Counted from the first letter of the stretch, positions 23,000-34,068 are shown. The stretch is 64,000 nt of DNA from Thecamonas trahens ATCC 50062 (GCF_000142905.1 NW_013657675.1:372001-436000), one strand, 5' to 3'. Translations and numbers: made by a program. Notes: generated by a model not told the origin, from the letters alone.

Positions 23000-24598
23000 A
23001 TGCTGAGATTGAGACGGATGGTGGGGACGATGCTGTGGCAGGGACGAGGCGGAGCGGTACGGCGGAGCATGGGCGCGGTGGCGGTGGACAGGGTGCGGGT
23101 GGCCGAGGTGGAGGAGGCCGCGGAGGCGGGATGGCTTGCGGGCGGGACCGGATACGCGCGGGTGCCCGAGGGGCACGCTGTGCACGATGCTGGGTCGTTT
23201 ACGGCAGCGTTTGGCGGATTTGAGAAAGAGGCAATGCCGAATGAGCCAGTGGTGCTGCGCGGGCGGGTGGTCGCGAAGCGATCTGCGTCCAAGTCCCTGT
23301 ACTTTGTGGACGTGGCGAGCGGGTACGAACGCGAGGCGGCGGTGCAGGTGATGGCGACGGCCAAGGCGTTTGACGGGCCGAAGCAGGCGTTCCGCGGGGC
23401 GATGGAGGTGCTTGCGCGTGGCGACTGTGTGGCGGTGACGGGCGTGCCGAGCCGGACACAGCGTGGACAGCTTGCGCTCATTCCATCCGAGGTGCGGGTT
23501 GAGGCGCCGTGTGTGACGGCGGAGGCACTGCCGGAGCCCGGTAGCATGCGGCGGGCGGAGAGTCTTGCAGCGATGCCGCGGGCGGGCCAGCTCTTACTTC
23601 AACCGCACATTGTCAAGGCGGTGCGGGTGCGGGCGCGGATGCTGCAGCGGCTGCGGCGGGTGCTTGATGGCGACGGATTTGTCGAGGTGGAGACGCCGAT
23701 TCTGGGCGCTGCGGCCGGTGGGGCAACGGCGCGTCCATTCGTGACCTTCCACGAGGCAACCAAGCGCGAAAAGGTCCTCCGCATTGCCCCGGAACTATAC
23801 TTGAAGCAGCTCGTGGTGGGCGGCCTTGACTCGGTGTACGAGGTCGGCAAGGTGTTCCGCAACGAGGGCGTGGATCCGACACATCTTCCCGAGTTCTCGA
23901 TGGCCGAGCTGTACACAACTCGGCTAGGCCTTGACAAGCTCATGACGCTGACTGAGGACATGGTCCGCGGCTTTGCGGCTGACGCGGCCGCTCTGGATGC
24001 GGCCGGCGGAAGTGAGTGCGCGGGCGAGGTAGCGGCGTCGGAGCCCTTTGGTCGCGTCGAGTTCATGGAAGCGCTCAACGCTGGCCTCGGCTTTGATCTT
24101 GATCTTGAGCTGCCAACGGACGAACTGCGGAAGGTGCTGCGCGAGGCGGCTGTGGCGTGTGAGGCTGTGAGCAAGAACGTAGCGGATGGAATGACGGCAA
24201 GCGCGCTGCTGGATAAGCTTGGGGGAGTACATGTGGAGGCTGGGCTTGCCGGTCCGATGTTTGTGACGGGCCATCCGCTGCTGCTCTCTCCGCTGGCCAA
24301 GGAGCGCGAGGATGCTCCTGGCGTGGCGGATCGGTTTGAGCTCTTTCTGGGACCGGTTGAAGTAGCAAACGGGTACAATGAGATCAACAACCCGCTGGAG
24401 CAGCTAGTTCGGTTCGAGGGCCAGACTGAGACCGGAGTGAGCGCCGATCCAGAGGTGCCTGCGCCTGATGAGGCGTACTGCAACGCGCTGGCGTACGGCA
24501 TGCCAAACACGGTCGGGCTCGGGCTTGGGCTGGACCGGCTTGTGATGCTCCTAACGGGTGCGACGTCGCTCCGCGACGTGGTCGGCTTTGTGCCGTAG
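23000..24598 (+). CDS. Lysyl-tRNA synthetase (class II), probably mitochondrial
   Basis: OB-fold (GRVVAKR..SKSLYF), FVEVETPIL, GGATARPF, LRIAPELYLKQLVVGG, FRNEG, GLGLGLDRLVMLL; Arg-rich presequence-like N-terminus from ATG 23000. Confidence 0.92.
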   Translation: MLRLRRMVGTMLWQGRGGAVRRSMGAVAVDRVRVAEVEEAAEAGWLAGGTGYARVPEGHAVHDAGSFTAAFGGFEKEAMPNEPVVLRGRVVAKRSASKSLYFVDVASGYEREAAVQVMATAKAFDGPKQAFRGAMEVLARGDCVAVTGVPSRTQRGQLALIPSEVRVEAPCVTAEALPEPGSMRRAESLAAMPRAGQLLLQPHIVKAVRVRARMLQRLRRVLDGDGFVEVETPILGAAAGGATARPFVTFHEATKREKVLRIAPELYLKQLVVGGLDSVYEVGKVFRNEGVDPTHLPEFSMAELYTTRLGLDKLMTLTEDMVRGFAADAAALDAAGGSECAGEVAASEPFGRVEFMEALNAGLGFDLDLELPTDELRKVLREAAVACEAVSKNVADGMTASALLDKLGGVHVEAGLAGPMFVTGHPLLLSPLAKEREDAPGVADRFELFLGPVEVANGYNEINNPLEQLVRFEGQTETGVSADPEVPAPDEAYCNALAYGMPNTVGLGLGLDRLVMLLTGATSLRDVVGFVP

Positions 24599-24620
24599 AA
24601 GAAGACAAGCAGATTGCTTG

Positions 24621-25512
24621 CGTTTATCTTTTACGGATATATTTGTCCATCGCGCAAGCCGTGACCCGCGATGCTCCACAGACGTCGCAACGTCCATCAA
24701 TCGCGGTAATAAAGAGCAGTACAACGTGTTGATGGCTGCTGTGGCCACTGGTGAGCCACAACAGAAAACAGTCGGCGATGCAGCGATGGACGCCGCACGC
24801 GGCGCAAAGGTCCGCGGCCGCCATTGCTTGCTATGAAGCTTCCGGAAGGCGAGGCAATCGCATCGCAGAGCGGCTTGCTGGGGAGAGTGGTGATGATGAT
24901 GAGCAGCCGCTGCAGAGGTGCGCTTCCGCTTGCGCGGCGGCGCGAGCAGACCGCGTCGGCGCTGGCGGCGAGGGTGTCGATGATGTCGGGGAGAAAAGCC
25001 ACGAGAGTTATGGCGGGGCGTGGGCTCGCATCAGCGTAGAGCGCGTACGCGTTGATGAGCGCGGCGTCCAAGATGACGTACCACCACTTGCGCGGCCACG
25101 CCGACCGGCAAGCTCGTGCGTCACAAGAAGATCCGCAACGTCCTCCCGCTCTCCTGTCCGGCCGCTGTGGTCAGCTCTGTCATGCTCTCCCTCCCGGTCG
25201 TCGGGGTCGTCAACGACAAGCTCCGCACCGTTCGCGCCCACCGCTCCTCCGGATCGGCGCTGTACGGCACCTCGCGCGCCTCGCCCCATGCTCCCAGGCG
25301 TCCGTCACCGCGACGACAACTCGGGCATCTTTTAGGCGGGGGAGTCTACGTGTCGGCCGCCATCACGTGCGGGCGCGCCTCCCACCTCAAGCCACAGGCC
25401 AAGCAGGCGTCGCACAGCGTCGGCCGGTGATTTGGAAGTCAAGCATCATTGAATTGTTCACTTTGAGACGCGCGACAACGCGTCCGAACGACCGTACCGT
25501 AAAGGGATAACG
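24621..25512 (-). mobile_element. Degenerate, internally deleted piggyBac-like transposon relic
   Basis: Minus-strand fragments WPRKWWYVILDAALINAYALY (end of piggyBac core) and CSGC...CAACGVHRCIADCFLLW (C-terminal Cys-rich domain) in broken frames; imperfect inverted ends CGTTTATCTTTTACGG / CCGTAAAGGGATAACG. Confidence 0.7.
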
Positions 25513-25519
25513 AGCTTTG

Positions 25520-27156
25520 TCACATTCGGATAAAGTGTTGCTGCGTTGAGGAAGCATGGGCTGCGGAGCGATGAGCGAGCTTTGCAGGCGAGTGGTGCTT
25601 GGGCGAGGCGGAGGATGCGGCGCGCGGCGAAAAGGCATTACGCTCACGGAGGAGGCCGGCGGATGACACGGCCGACGGCGACGAGACAGCTGATGCGCGG
25701 GCGGCGAGGCGAGCGTCCGAGTCGGCCTGGGCACGGGCGCGGCGGGCGCGAGCAGCCTCAAGCTGGGCCTGCTGGTACTGCTGCTGTTGCTGCATGAGAT
25801 CAAGCTCCATGGCGCGGGCGGCGGCGAGTTGCGAGCGGAGCTGGGCGGCGAGATCGTCCTTGGACGGAGCAGAGATCGCAGCAGAGACGGCCGGGCCACG
25901 AGTCTCGGCCGGCACAACGAGTGCAGGCTCGGACGCAATGGCAGCGGCAGTGGTTGCAGCAGTAGACGCGGCGGCGGCGTCTGAATCTGCGGCGTTCTGT
26001 GCGGCGAGATCTGCGGCGGCCTTGGCAGCAACAACGGCAGCAGCCTTTGCGGCGGCCTGCTCGAGCTCACGCTGGGCCTTTGCCCACGAGCCCTTAGAGC
26101 CTGCACCGCGAACCTCTTGAACGGCAGCTTGCATCTCGTCGATGACAGCGCCATCGAGGAAGGGATGCGCAAGGAGCTCTGCAGCGGACGGACGCTTGGC
26201 CGGGTTCTTGTGGAGGCAACGGCGGACAAAGTCGCGGAACTCAGGCGAGAAACGGGAGGGCTTGGCAAAGTTGGGTGAGGGTTGGTTGGGGATGAGGTAC
26301 ATGGCGGTTGTGGCGTCGATGGACGAGTTGGGCGGCTTGAGCTCGGCCATCTCGATGCATGTGATACCGAGCGACCAGATGTCTGCCTTGGAGTCGTAGG
26401 TGGCGCCGTCATACACGACCTCGGGCGCCATCCAGTAGGGGGTGCCGACAAGCGTCGACTTGCGCTGACGGGAGTGAGTCAGCTGAGCGGCAACACCAAA
26501 GTCTGCGAGCTTGACCTCACCGCGATGGGTGAGGAGGATGTTAGCACCCTTGATGTCGCGGTGGATGAGGCCGGAGCGGTGCATGTGATCGAGGCCCTGC
26601 AGAGACTCGCGGATGACAAACTTGATCATGTTCTCGGTAAACGGGCGGCGAAGACGCTGGTAGATGCCGTACACCGAGTTGCCGCCGCAGTACTCCATGA
26701 TGATCCAGATCTTCCCGTTGCGGTTGTAGGTGGCGTTAAGCGTGACCATATTGGGATGTGACGTTCCGCGCATCATGACCTCGACCTCGGCTTGGATTTC
26801 CTTGATGGCCGAGGTGTTGCAAGACTTGATGATCTTGGCGGCAGCAATTTCACGCGTCTCGCGGTTGCGAACTGGGTGACCGAAGAGGAGGAGGGGCGCA
26901 GGGGAGGGAGAGGGTGAGGCATGACGTTGGCTGTCGAACGAGGGCAGAGGGGGGAAATGCGGGGGGACTAAATTTGAAAATTCGCAACGGCTGCCTCCAG
27001 GCACAGGCTGGCGGAAAGCGCAAGGGAAGGGGGATGAAGCACGGACATACCCTTGTGGACGACGGCGAACGAGCCCTCGCCGATCTTGTCTCCAATCTCC
27101 CATGCCTTGAGCGGGTCCTCGGTTGAAAAGAGCTCGTACGGCTGAAAATAGGCCAT
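25520..27156 (-). CDS. STE20/GCK-family kinase with C-terminal coiled coil; intron 26872-27050
   Basis: EDP..WEIGDKIGEGSFAVVHK|VRNRE, IWIIMEYCGG, IHRDIKGANILL, KLADFGVAAQL, VGTPYWMAPEV, DIWSLGITCIEMAE. Confidence 0.92.
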
Positions 27157-27302
27157 GTGCGGTAGAGACGAGCGTGCGGGTGGGTGGACGTAGGCGACTC
27201 TGCTGGCGACGCGGGTGGCACATTCATTGATCGCCTGATTCGTGGCAACCGTCGACTACTAGTGAGAGGGAGTACCAGACTCGACGCTGACGAGCTTGCA
27301 GC

Positions 27303-28094
27303 ATGCACAAACAAGCTCTGCATCATCGGCCAGACCATCTGACACAGACGGGCGCCCCGTTCAAGGGAGTTTCTGAGACAGCGCGTGCGTACCGCGGCAT
27401 CGACGTGACGCAGACGGCAGGCAACGTTGGCGAGGTTGACGCCGAGGTGGCCGTTGCCGCCGCTCAGCGGCCGAGGCTCCCATTCCGCGGGCGGACAACG
27501 ACGCAGGACGCTTATGCAAGCGGACAGGCTGGCAGAATCAATCCCCAGATTGGAGCGCCCATTCAGAAGCTGCACGGCCGGCCGACGGTTGACGTGAGCC
27601 TCCGATTCCGCGGTGTAACGGCGACACAGGCGGCGCATTCGCCACGGGCGCTGGCGGCGCCGCCGACCTCGTCGGACGGCGGCGCGTCTGGAGCTGTGGG
27701 ATCTGCTGCTGGTCAGAGTCCGGCTGAGCCCCCTCTTCGCCCTGGCTACCCATTCCAGGGCCGATCGACAACACAGGAAGCGCTTGCGGCCGTGGCAGCG
27801 GCAGCAGCGGCGTCAGATGACTCGACGGGCGCGATGCTCCGGGGCGTGAGTGAGCCGAGCCTTCATCATGAAGCTGATCATCTCACTGATCCCAATGCCT
27901 CTTTCCACGCAGTCTCCAGCTACCAGGCTCAGTACCGGGTGCACAAGGCCTCGGCCTACGCCGGCGAGCCTGCGCCTGTTGTTGCGCCTGTGGCCATCCA
28001 GCGGCCGTTCCGCGGCGTCTCGACGACGCATGCGGCACAGCAGATGGCGCAGCTGATGGCGGAGACGCGGCCGCTCCCGAACGCTTGGGTGTAA
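27303..28094 (+). CDS. SAXO/FAM154-like microtubule-binding repeat protein
   Basis: Six repeats of (P)F.G.[ST]T....[YH] (PFKGVSETARAY, PFRGRTTTQDAY, PFQGRSTTQEAL, PFRGVSTTHAA), resembling Mn motifs. Confidence 0.6.
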   Translation: MHKQALHHRPDHLTQTGAPFKGVSETARAYRGIDVTQTAGNVGEVDAEVAVAAAQRPRLPFRGRTTTQDAYASGQAGRINPQIGAPIQKLHGRPTVDVSLRFRGVTATQAAHSPRALAAPPTSSDGGASGAVGSAAGQSPAEPPLRPGYPFQGRSTTQEALAAVAAAAAASDDSTGAMLRGVSEPSLHHEADHLTDPNASFHAVSSYQAQYRVHKASAYAGEPAPVVAPVAIQRPFRGVSTTHAAQQMAQLMAETRPLPNAWV

Positions 28095-28224
28095 ACGATG
28101 TCAATTCGATGTGCTGCCGAGCGGACGAGTGGAGCCTGTGAGCTACGCTTGGTGGCGCGAGGCCGAGATGGAAGCTGGCAGCTGTTGTGAGCGACCCACT
28201 TGGCTCCAGAGGAAGCGTACAGAG

Positions 28225-29322
28225 ATGCAGGCATTGCGGTCAGGGTGGAACAAGGTGGTGCGAGCGCTGGCAGACCGGGTCTCCACAGGACTGCAGTCGG
28301 GAGAGGGCGGTCGTGCTGCGGTCGAGCGGCACGACGTGTTCCGGGCGCTGGTGCTTACCACACACCAGGCCGGGGTGAGCGCAGGCGAAGCAGTGCGGGC
28401 GCACGACGGCGCGGTTGAGATCGAGGGTGTTGGGCGCGGAGGTGAGGATGAGGCGGCCTTTGTGGCGGCGCAACCGCCGGGCCTGCTCAAGGAGGTTGTG
28501 GCTAAGCTGGTGGGCCGGCAAGTTGACGCGCTGTTTGAGCAGGTTGTTGCGGCGCGCGGCGACATGGGCGTCGAGGCCGACAGCGCGCCGCGCGAGGTGG
28601 TTGGAAGCGTGGTGGTGGAGTCTGGCGGTGCACCGTGGACGTTGACTGTGAAGCCGTCGAGCGTGGCGCATCCTGCGGCTGGGCTGGGCGTGTTTGTCGA
28701 GCGGCGCGGGGCCGGGGTGATCAAGGCCGGGACTGTGCTCGGCTTCTACCCCGGGATTGTGTACCCACCGCTGGACATGCGGCTGATGCCAAACTTCCCC
28801 AATGTCGACGCGGACAATGACTACTTGATGGCTCGGTTCGACAACACGGTGCTCGACGCCAAGGGCGTGTTCGGGGCGGGCATCTCGGCCGACGAGTTCG
28901 CGCTGCGGCTGCGCAAGCGGCGGCAGATGCAGCAGACGGGCAAGTCACAGCTTGTGCATGCCGCCGGGGCGGCGCAGGCGCGGGTCAATCCGTTTGCGCT
29001 CATGCACTTTGTCAACCACCCGGCGGCATCGACCGGCCTCGAGCCAAACGTCATGTGGCTGGGCTTTGACTTTATGGAGAGCATGCCTGGCGCGCACCGG
29101 GCATTCATTCCGAACGTGTACGTGCGCAAGCAGAGGACGCTGATGACCACAGCCGGGCTGGGCGTCATCCAGCAGGGCATGGTCATGCTCGCGACTCGCG
29201 ACATTGACGTCGACGCTGCTGAGCTGTTCATGGACTATCGCTATAATCCGTCGCTTGACCATCCGGAGTGGTACGAGCCGGTGCCCGGCTCGATGGCGGC
29301 CGAGCGGTGGGAGCAAAAGTAG
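28225..29322 (+). CDS. SETD9: SET domain protein, SETD9-like
   Basis: SSVAHPAAGLGVFV, GFYPGIVY, NPFALMHFVNH, PNV, ATRDI..ELFMDY; start codon uncertain. Confidence 0.75.
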   Translation: MQALRSGWNKVVRALADRVSTGLQSGEGGRAAVERHDVFRALVLTTHQAGVSAGEAVRAHDGAVEIEGVGRGGEDEAAFVAAQPPGLLKEVVAKLVGRQVDALFEQVVAARGDMGVEADSAPREVVGSVVVESGGAPWTLTVKPSSVAHPAAGLGVFVERRGAGVIKAGTVLGFYPGIVYPPLDMRLMPNFPNVDADNDYLMARFDNTVLDAKGVFGAGISADEFALRLRKRRQMQQTGKSQLVHAAGAAQARVNPFALMHFVNHPAASTGLEPNVMWLGFDFMESMPGAHRAFIPNVYVRKQRTLMTTAGLGVIQQGMVMLATRDIDVDAAELFMDYRYNPSLDHPEWYEPVPGSMAAERWEQK

Positions 29323-29407
29323 CAAGAATGAGCAAGGAGCATTGTCGTTTACAGAGACGTGCAGAGGATTAAGGAAGAGTAAGAGAGGAGGTGATCGTTC
29401 GATGCGC

Positions 29408-29977
29408 TCAGAGAATGGCGCACCGTTTCTTGGGCTTGGACTTGGGCAGCAGCTTGCCGGCGGCCTTGGCGCGAGTCTCGCGCATGGCGCGGACGAGTGC
29501 GGCAAAGGTCTCGTGGATGTTGATGTTGTCCTTGGCCGAGGTCTCAAAGAACGAGGCACCGACCGACTTTGCAAACTCGACGCCCTCAGCGGTGCTCACT
29601 GTGCGCTGGTCCTCGAGATCGACCTTGTTGCCCACGATGACAGTCGGGACGGCGTCGGCGTCCTTCACCCGCAGGGTGCGGGCCTGGATTTCGCGGGCCT
29701 CTTCGAGCGACTTCGAGTCTGTGATGGTGTACGCGATGATAAATCCCTCACCGGAGCGGATCCACTGCGAAGAGAGAGCCGAAAACTCCTCCTGTCCAGC
29801 CGTGTCGAGGATGTCGAGGAGGCAGGCGTCCGAGTCGATGACCACCTGCTTGCGGTACGAGTCCTCGATCGTGGGGTCGTACTGGAGAATAAAGTGGTTG
29901 TGCAGGTAGCGCATGGTGATGGCAGACTTGCCAGCGCCGCCGGAGCCCAGAACGACGATGTGATACTCAGTGGCCAT
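29408..29977 (-). CDS. Ras-family small GTPase
   Basis: GSGGAGKS, YDPTIEDSYRKQ, DTAGQEEF, NKVD, ETSAK, polybasic tail and CAIL CaaX box. Confidence 0.95.
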   Translation of the reverse strand: MATEYHIVVLGSGGAGKSAITMRYLHNHFILQYDPTIEDSYRKQVVIDSDACLLDILDTAGQEEFSALSSQWIRSGEGFIIAYTITDSKSLEEAREIQARTLRVKDADAVPTVIVGNKVDLEDQRTVSTAEGVEFAKSVGASFFETSAKDNINIHETFAALVRAMRETRAKAAGKLLPKSKPKKRCAIL

Positions 29978-30379
29978 GTAAAATTTGTAGATGTGGTTGT
30001 ATGCATGCATGCGTGTATCGTAGCCGGTACGGCCGGTGGTGGTTTTATGGGCGAGAGCTGGCGCCCCCAAACGGGGAATCGCCCAAACGGGGGCTGGCCC
30101 AGCTATGTGCACGAAATTCACGAGTGCTCTTTTGTAAAGGTCGGTTTCGCCAGCCGGACATGAGCCGGTAGTTGCTCCCCGCCCCAACCACCATCCACCG
30201 CCCAGTACCACGCAAAGCTGCTGCACTGCTGCAGTGCAGCGCGAGTGCTTCTGTGACAGGGCGCGCCGCCAGCCCATCGGCTCTCGCAACTCAGGCATGT
30301 GGCCCAGGTGTGGCAGTCAGGGGTCCTTGCAATGGCACTGCAGGCGCGGCCGAGCACTATGGCTCGGCCGCGCTGTGCC

Positions 30380-30938
30380 ACGCAGTCTTTCTTGGAGCGA
30401 CCAACAAGCTCGTCACCATCTTTGTCGATGAGATCTCATCGTTTGCAGCCAATGGCATAGTAGCTGGGACCATGCACGAGCTGCCAACGTCGTGCTCACT
30501 GGGGCACCACACGGTCACCGACGCACGACGCATGGTTCGTCGGCTGGCGAGCAATGATCGCACACCTCTGCGGCTATCGAGTCATTCGGAGTCAATGTCA
30601 TCGGCCCGCGGGTCGACACCTTCAACTTTCTCATCTCGTACTACGAGGATGAGGATGGTGTCGAGCATAAGCAGACGATCCGCTTGATGCGCGACGACGA
30701 ATCGCTCGAGATCTTCGACGAGATCGCGGCCATGGAGCCGGTCTCAACTGTTGACGACGTCGACTACTTTACCATTCTCAGACTGTCGAACAGGCTCGAG
30801 CCACGCTCTGCGCCTCTTGGCGACAACCGCGACATGCGCGTCGCGCTGTTTGATCTAGTTCTCCCAGACAAGCCCCTCATCGACGATCATCGCTTCGTAG
30901 ACACGTATATGCTACGTACCAGGTCACCAGCTTGGTGA
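30380..30938 (+). pseudogene. Decayed coding fragment of unknown family
   Basis: Coding-like stretch (ESFGVNVIGPRVDTFNFLISYYEDEDGVEHKQTIRLMRDDESLEIFDEI...) without an intact start, with frame breaks upstream. Confidence 0.4.
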
Positions 30939-31129
30939 TGCCCCTTCGACGAAGAAAAGGCTGGCAATGGAGGCACGAGGCGACAAGCCTTGTCGCGTGG
31001 CAATTCTTGCAGCAGGCGGGTGATGAGGCGGGCGATCAGGCGGCGATCAGGCGGCTCGCGAGACCCCCGGGCACATACACACACACACTCTCTCTCTCAC
31101 ACCACTCCTCTCTCGTTCATGGTTGAACA

Positions 31130-34068
31130 ATGAGTGTGAATTTTCTCCAAGACATGTAGGTGCTCGTGTGGCTGGGTGGGGGGGTGGTTGGGGTGGGATG
31201 GGAGTGGATGGGGGAAGGCAAGGGGTGAGTGGGTACAGAAAAAGGTCGTAGTTGGCGCGAAGCACCGCGAGGAGACACTCACCGGCCAGGTCGCGGAAGG
31301 ATGCATGCAGGGCAAGAAGGGGAGTTGAAACGGCCTACAAGAACTACCACTCTGCCCTGGCGGCGTACGACAGCTGCATGAGTGAGGGAAAGGGGGAGAA
31401 GGCAGCAGAGGCCAAGGTGCGCATAGCCGAGGCCAAGGTGCGCATAGCTGAGGCCAAGGTCGGAGTGGCCGAGGCCAAGGTCGACGAGGCCGAGACCAGG
31501 GTTGACAAGGCCGAGGCCAAGGTCGGGGTGGCCGAGGCCAAGGTCGGGGTGGCCGAGGCCAAGGTCGGAGTGGCCGAGGCCAAGGTCGAAGTGGCCGAGG
31601 CCAAGGTCGACGAGGCCGAGACCAGGGTTGACAAGGCCGAGGCCAAGGTCGGGGTGGCCGAGGCCGAGATCCGGGTGGCCAAGGCCAAGGTCGGGGTGGC
31701 CGAGGCTAGGCACGAGGCAGTGATTGGCGCACGGCATGCTGGAGTCGCAACGGATGCCGACGTGGCCGAGGCCAAGGTCGGGGTGGCCGAGGCCAAGGTC
31801 GGGGTGGCCGAGGCTAGGCACGAGGCAGTGATTGGCGCACGGCATGCTGGAGTCGCAACGGATGCCGACGTGGCCGAGGCCAAGGTTGACGTGGCCAAGG
31901 CCAAGGTTGTCGTGCTCGAGGCCAAGGTTGTCATGCTCGAGGCCAAACTGCGCGAAGCGACTGCGTGTGGCGCCAGCGAGGCCGAGATCGAATCAATCAC
32001 GACACGACTCAAACTCGCCTCGCAAGAACTGACCCATGCCTCGCCGGCTAACGAGAAGCTCCACCCGCAGATCGGCATTATTCAGCCGCACGGGGCGGCC
32101 TCCAAGTCTAGGGCAAAGGGCTTTGCGTCACACCTATCGCCGGTCTCGGATCCGGCAGCACTCTACCCTCTGCTGGTGACCGGGCACCTGAAGATGGTTG
32201 GATGGCCGGAGCAGGAGAGCCAGTCACCTTCGGCAAGCAGTGGAGCTTTGTCCGTGGCCGATCTTGCCAGTGGGCCGGAAGACCTCGGCAGTGGCGCTGC
32301 TGCCTCTCCGCCCACTCGCCAGTTTGTCGAGCTCGACCACAACGTCGCCCTGGGAATGTTTAGCCGCGTTGGTAACCTGCAGGCTGCTACGCAAAAGGCT
32401 GTGCGTGACATCACCCAATCTCTCTGGCCTCTGGTCTTCACCTCCAGCTCTAGCCCGTGTGTCGGGCTTGATGCTGACCCAATGCAGACCTTCCATCTCG
32501 AACGCACTTTCCTCTCGGAGCTCACGTCGTCGCTGTACGTCTTTCTTCGCGACGAGATCTCGACTTCCTTTCCGAGTGACACGGAGCTGGCCAAGCACAC
32601 GGCCAGTGCTTTGGATTTTTGCTTGCAGCATCGAGCAGATCTCGACAAGGTCATCGCCAGCGCGACATCAGTCGAGCGCGCAACAACGCGTTTGGCCGCT
32701 ATCACGTCGGAGCTGGCCCAGTCTGGGTCGTCGTCGTCGCGTCCAGACTCAAGCCGTCGGGCAACCGAGCTGCTTGCCGCGATGATCGAGGCGGAGAAAG
32801 AACTGACCAACCCGCAACTGGAGCAGATTCCGGTTCGGGTGACGAATGCGCGCGAGAGCCGCGAAGACTCGCATGATCCCAGTTCCTCGGACGCACGCAG
32901 TGCTGATGCTGTTGTGTTCAACCGAAGCCCATTGCGGACGTGGATGTGGGTCGAACACCCGGTACTCCGCAACGCGCAGCCGGACGTACTCTGGGGCCTC
33001 CACTCCCAGCAGGTCAAGCTCGGCTTTGGCATCTTTGAGCCCGGCAGTTCCTCCAAGGGGGGACAAGTCGAGGCGTACGCTTCTGCGTTGGGGCTGGCTG
33101 CTGCTGGCTACCCTGCTGTGATTTCGATCCTCTCACTCTCTGGGTCGTTTCCCACGCCGGAAAACTCCGGCGCCAACATCTCGCTGCAACTTGCAGCTCA
33201 CCTTGTCGGCGAAAACCAGGTGCAGCATGTAGCTGTGGGCCTCCTCAAGACCGACTCGCTCACATCGTACGTGGACATTGTGGCCGGCTTTGCAGTTTCG
33301 ATGTCCGAGGTCACCCAGATCATGGTCAAGCGCCTGGCGGACCCAAGCCTTGCGCCGCAGCAGTTTGGGCCCAACGTGGCGGTTGTCGCCGGATTTGTCT
33401 TCAAGTGGTTCCGCCCCTCCTCCTGCCGCTGGCCGAACCTGGATGCGTGGACGATTGCGTCGCCCGAGCTGCGGATGTGCTTGATGGTGGTCGACAAAGC
33501 GTTCACCGTTCTCCACGGGCCCCACAACGAGACGGTCGAGGCGCTACCTGGTCATGTTGCTGTCGTTGTCACCAAGGCTGTGACCGATGTTGAGGTCGAC
33601 GACACGGGCGTGACTACGGCCCACTTTGACGACGTGGCGGCCCGGCTGAAGAAGCTCCATGCCGCGGGCATTGTCCATGGCGACGTCCGCCGTAGCAACG
33701 TTGTCTTTGGCAACAACGGCAAAGGTTACCTCATTGACTTTGACCTTGCGCGGCCGGTCGGAACCGTGTACCCGGCACGTCTCCGTGTGGTGCGCGACGG
33801 GTCACGCGCGCCTGGTTGTGTCAACTCAACAGCCAGCATGGCGGTTGCGCACGACGTATTTGCGTTGGGTGGCGTGATGGAGCTGTACCAAGCCGTCGAC
33901 AATGGCAGACAGAGCGAGTGGATCGCTCTCGTCGAATCGTTGAAAGCGGAGGAGCACGGGGCCGCGGTCGGCAAGCTACCGAGCGAGTGGCCGAACCCGC
34001 CGTTCCTGCTGCAGCGCACCAGGTCCGCCCGCAGCAAGTCGTGGTCACGCGGAACTGGGTCGCCGTAA
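31130..34068 (+). CDS. Crinkler-like protein: heptad-repeat coiled coil + putative PD-(D/E)xK-fold region + atypical kinase; exons 31130-31155, 31311-34068
   Basis: Kinase motifs LHAAGIVHGDVRRSNVVF, YLIDFDLA, HDVFALG; upstream PDVLW...IFEP...GQVEAY pattern; phase-2 intron GTAGGT..CACTCAC..CAG gives MSVNFLQDMARRGVE... Confidence 0.7.
31408..31950 (+). repeat. 21-bp coding tandem repeat (AEAKVGV)n with nested 126- and 108-bp duplications
   Basis: GCCGAGGCCAAGGTCGGGGTG units seen directly. Confidence 0.9.
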
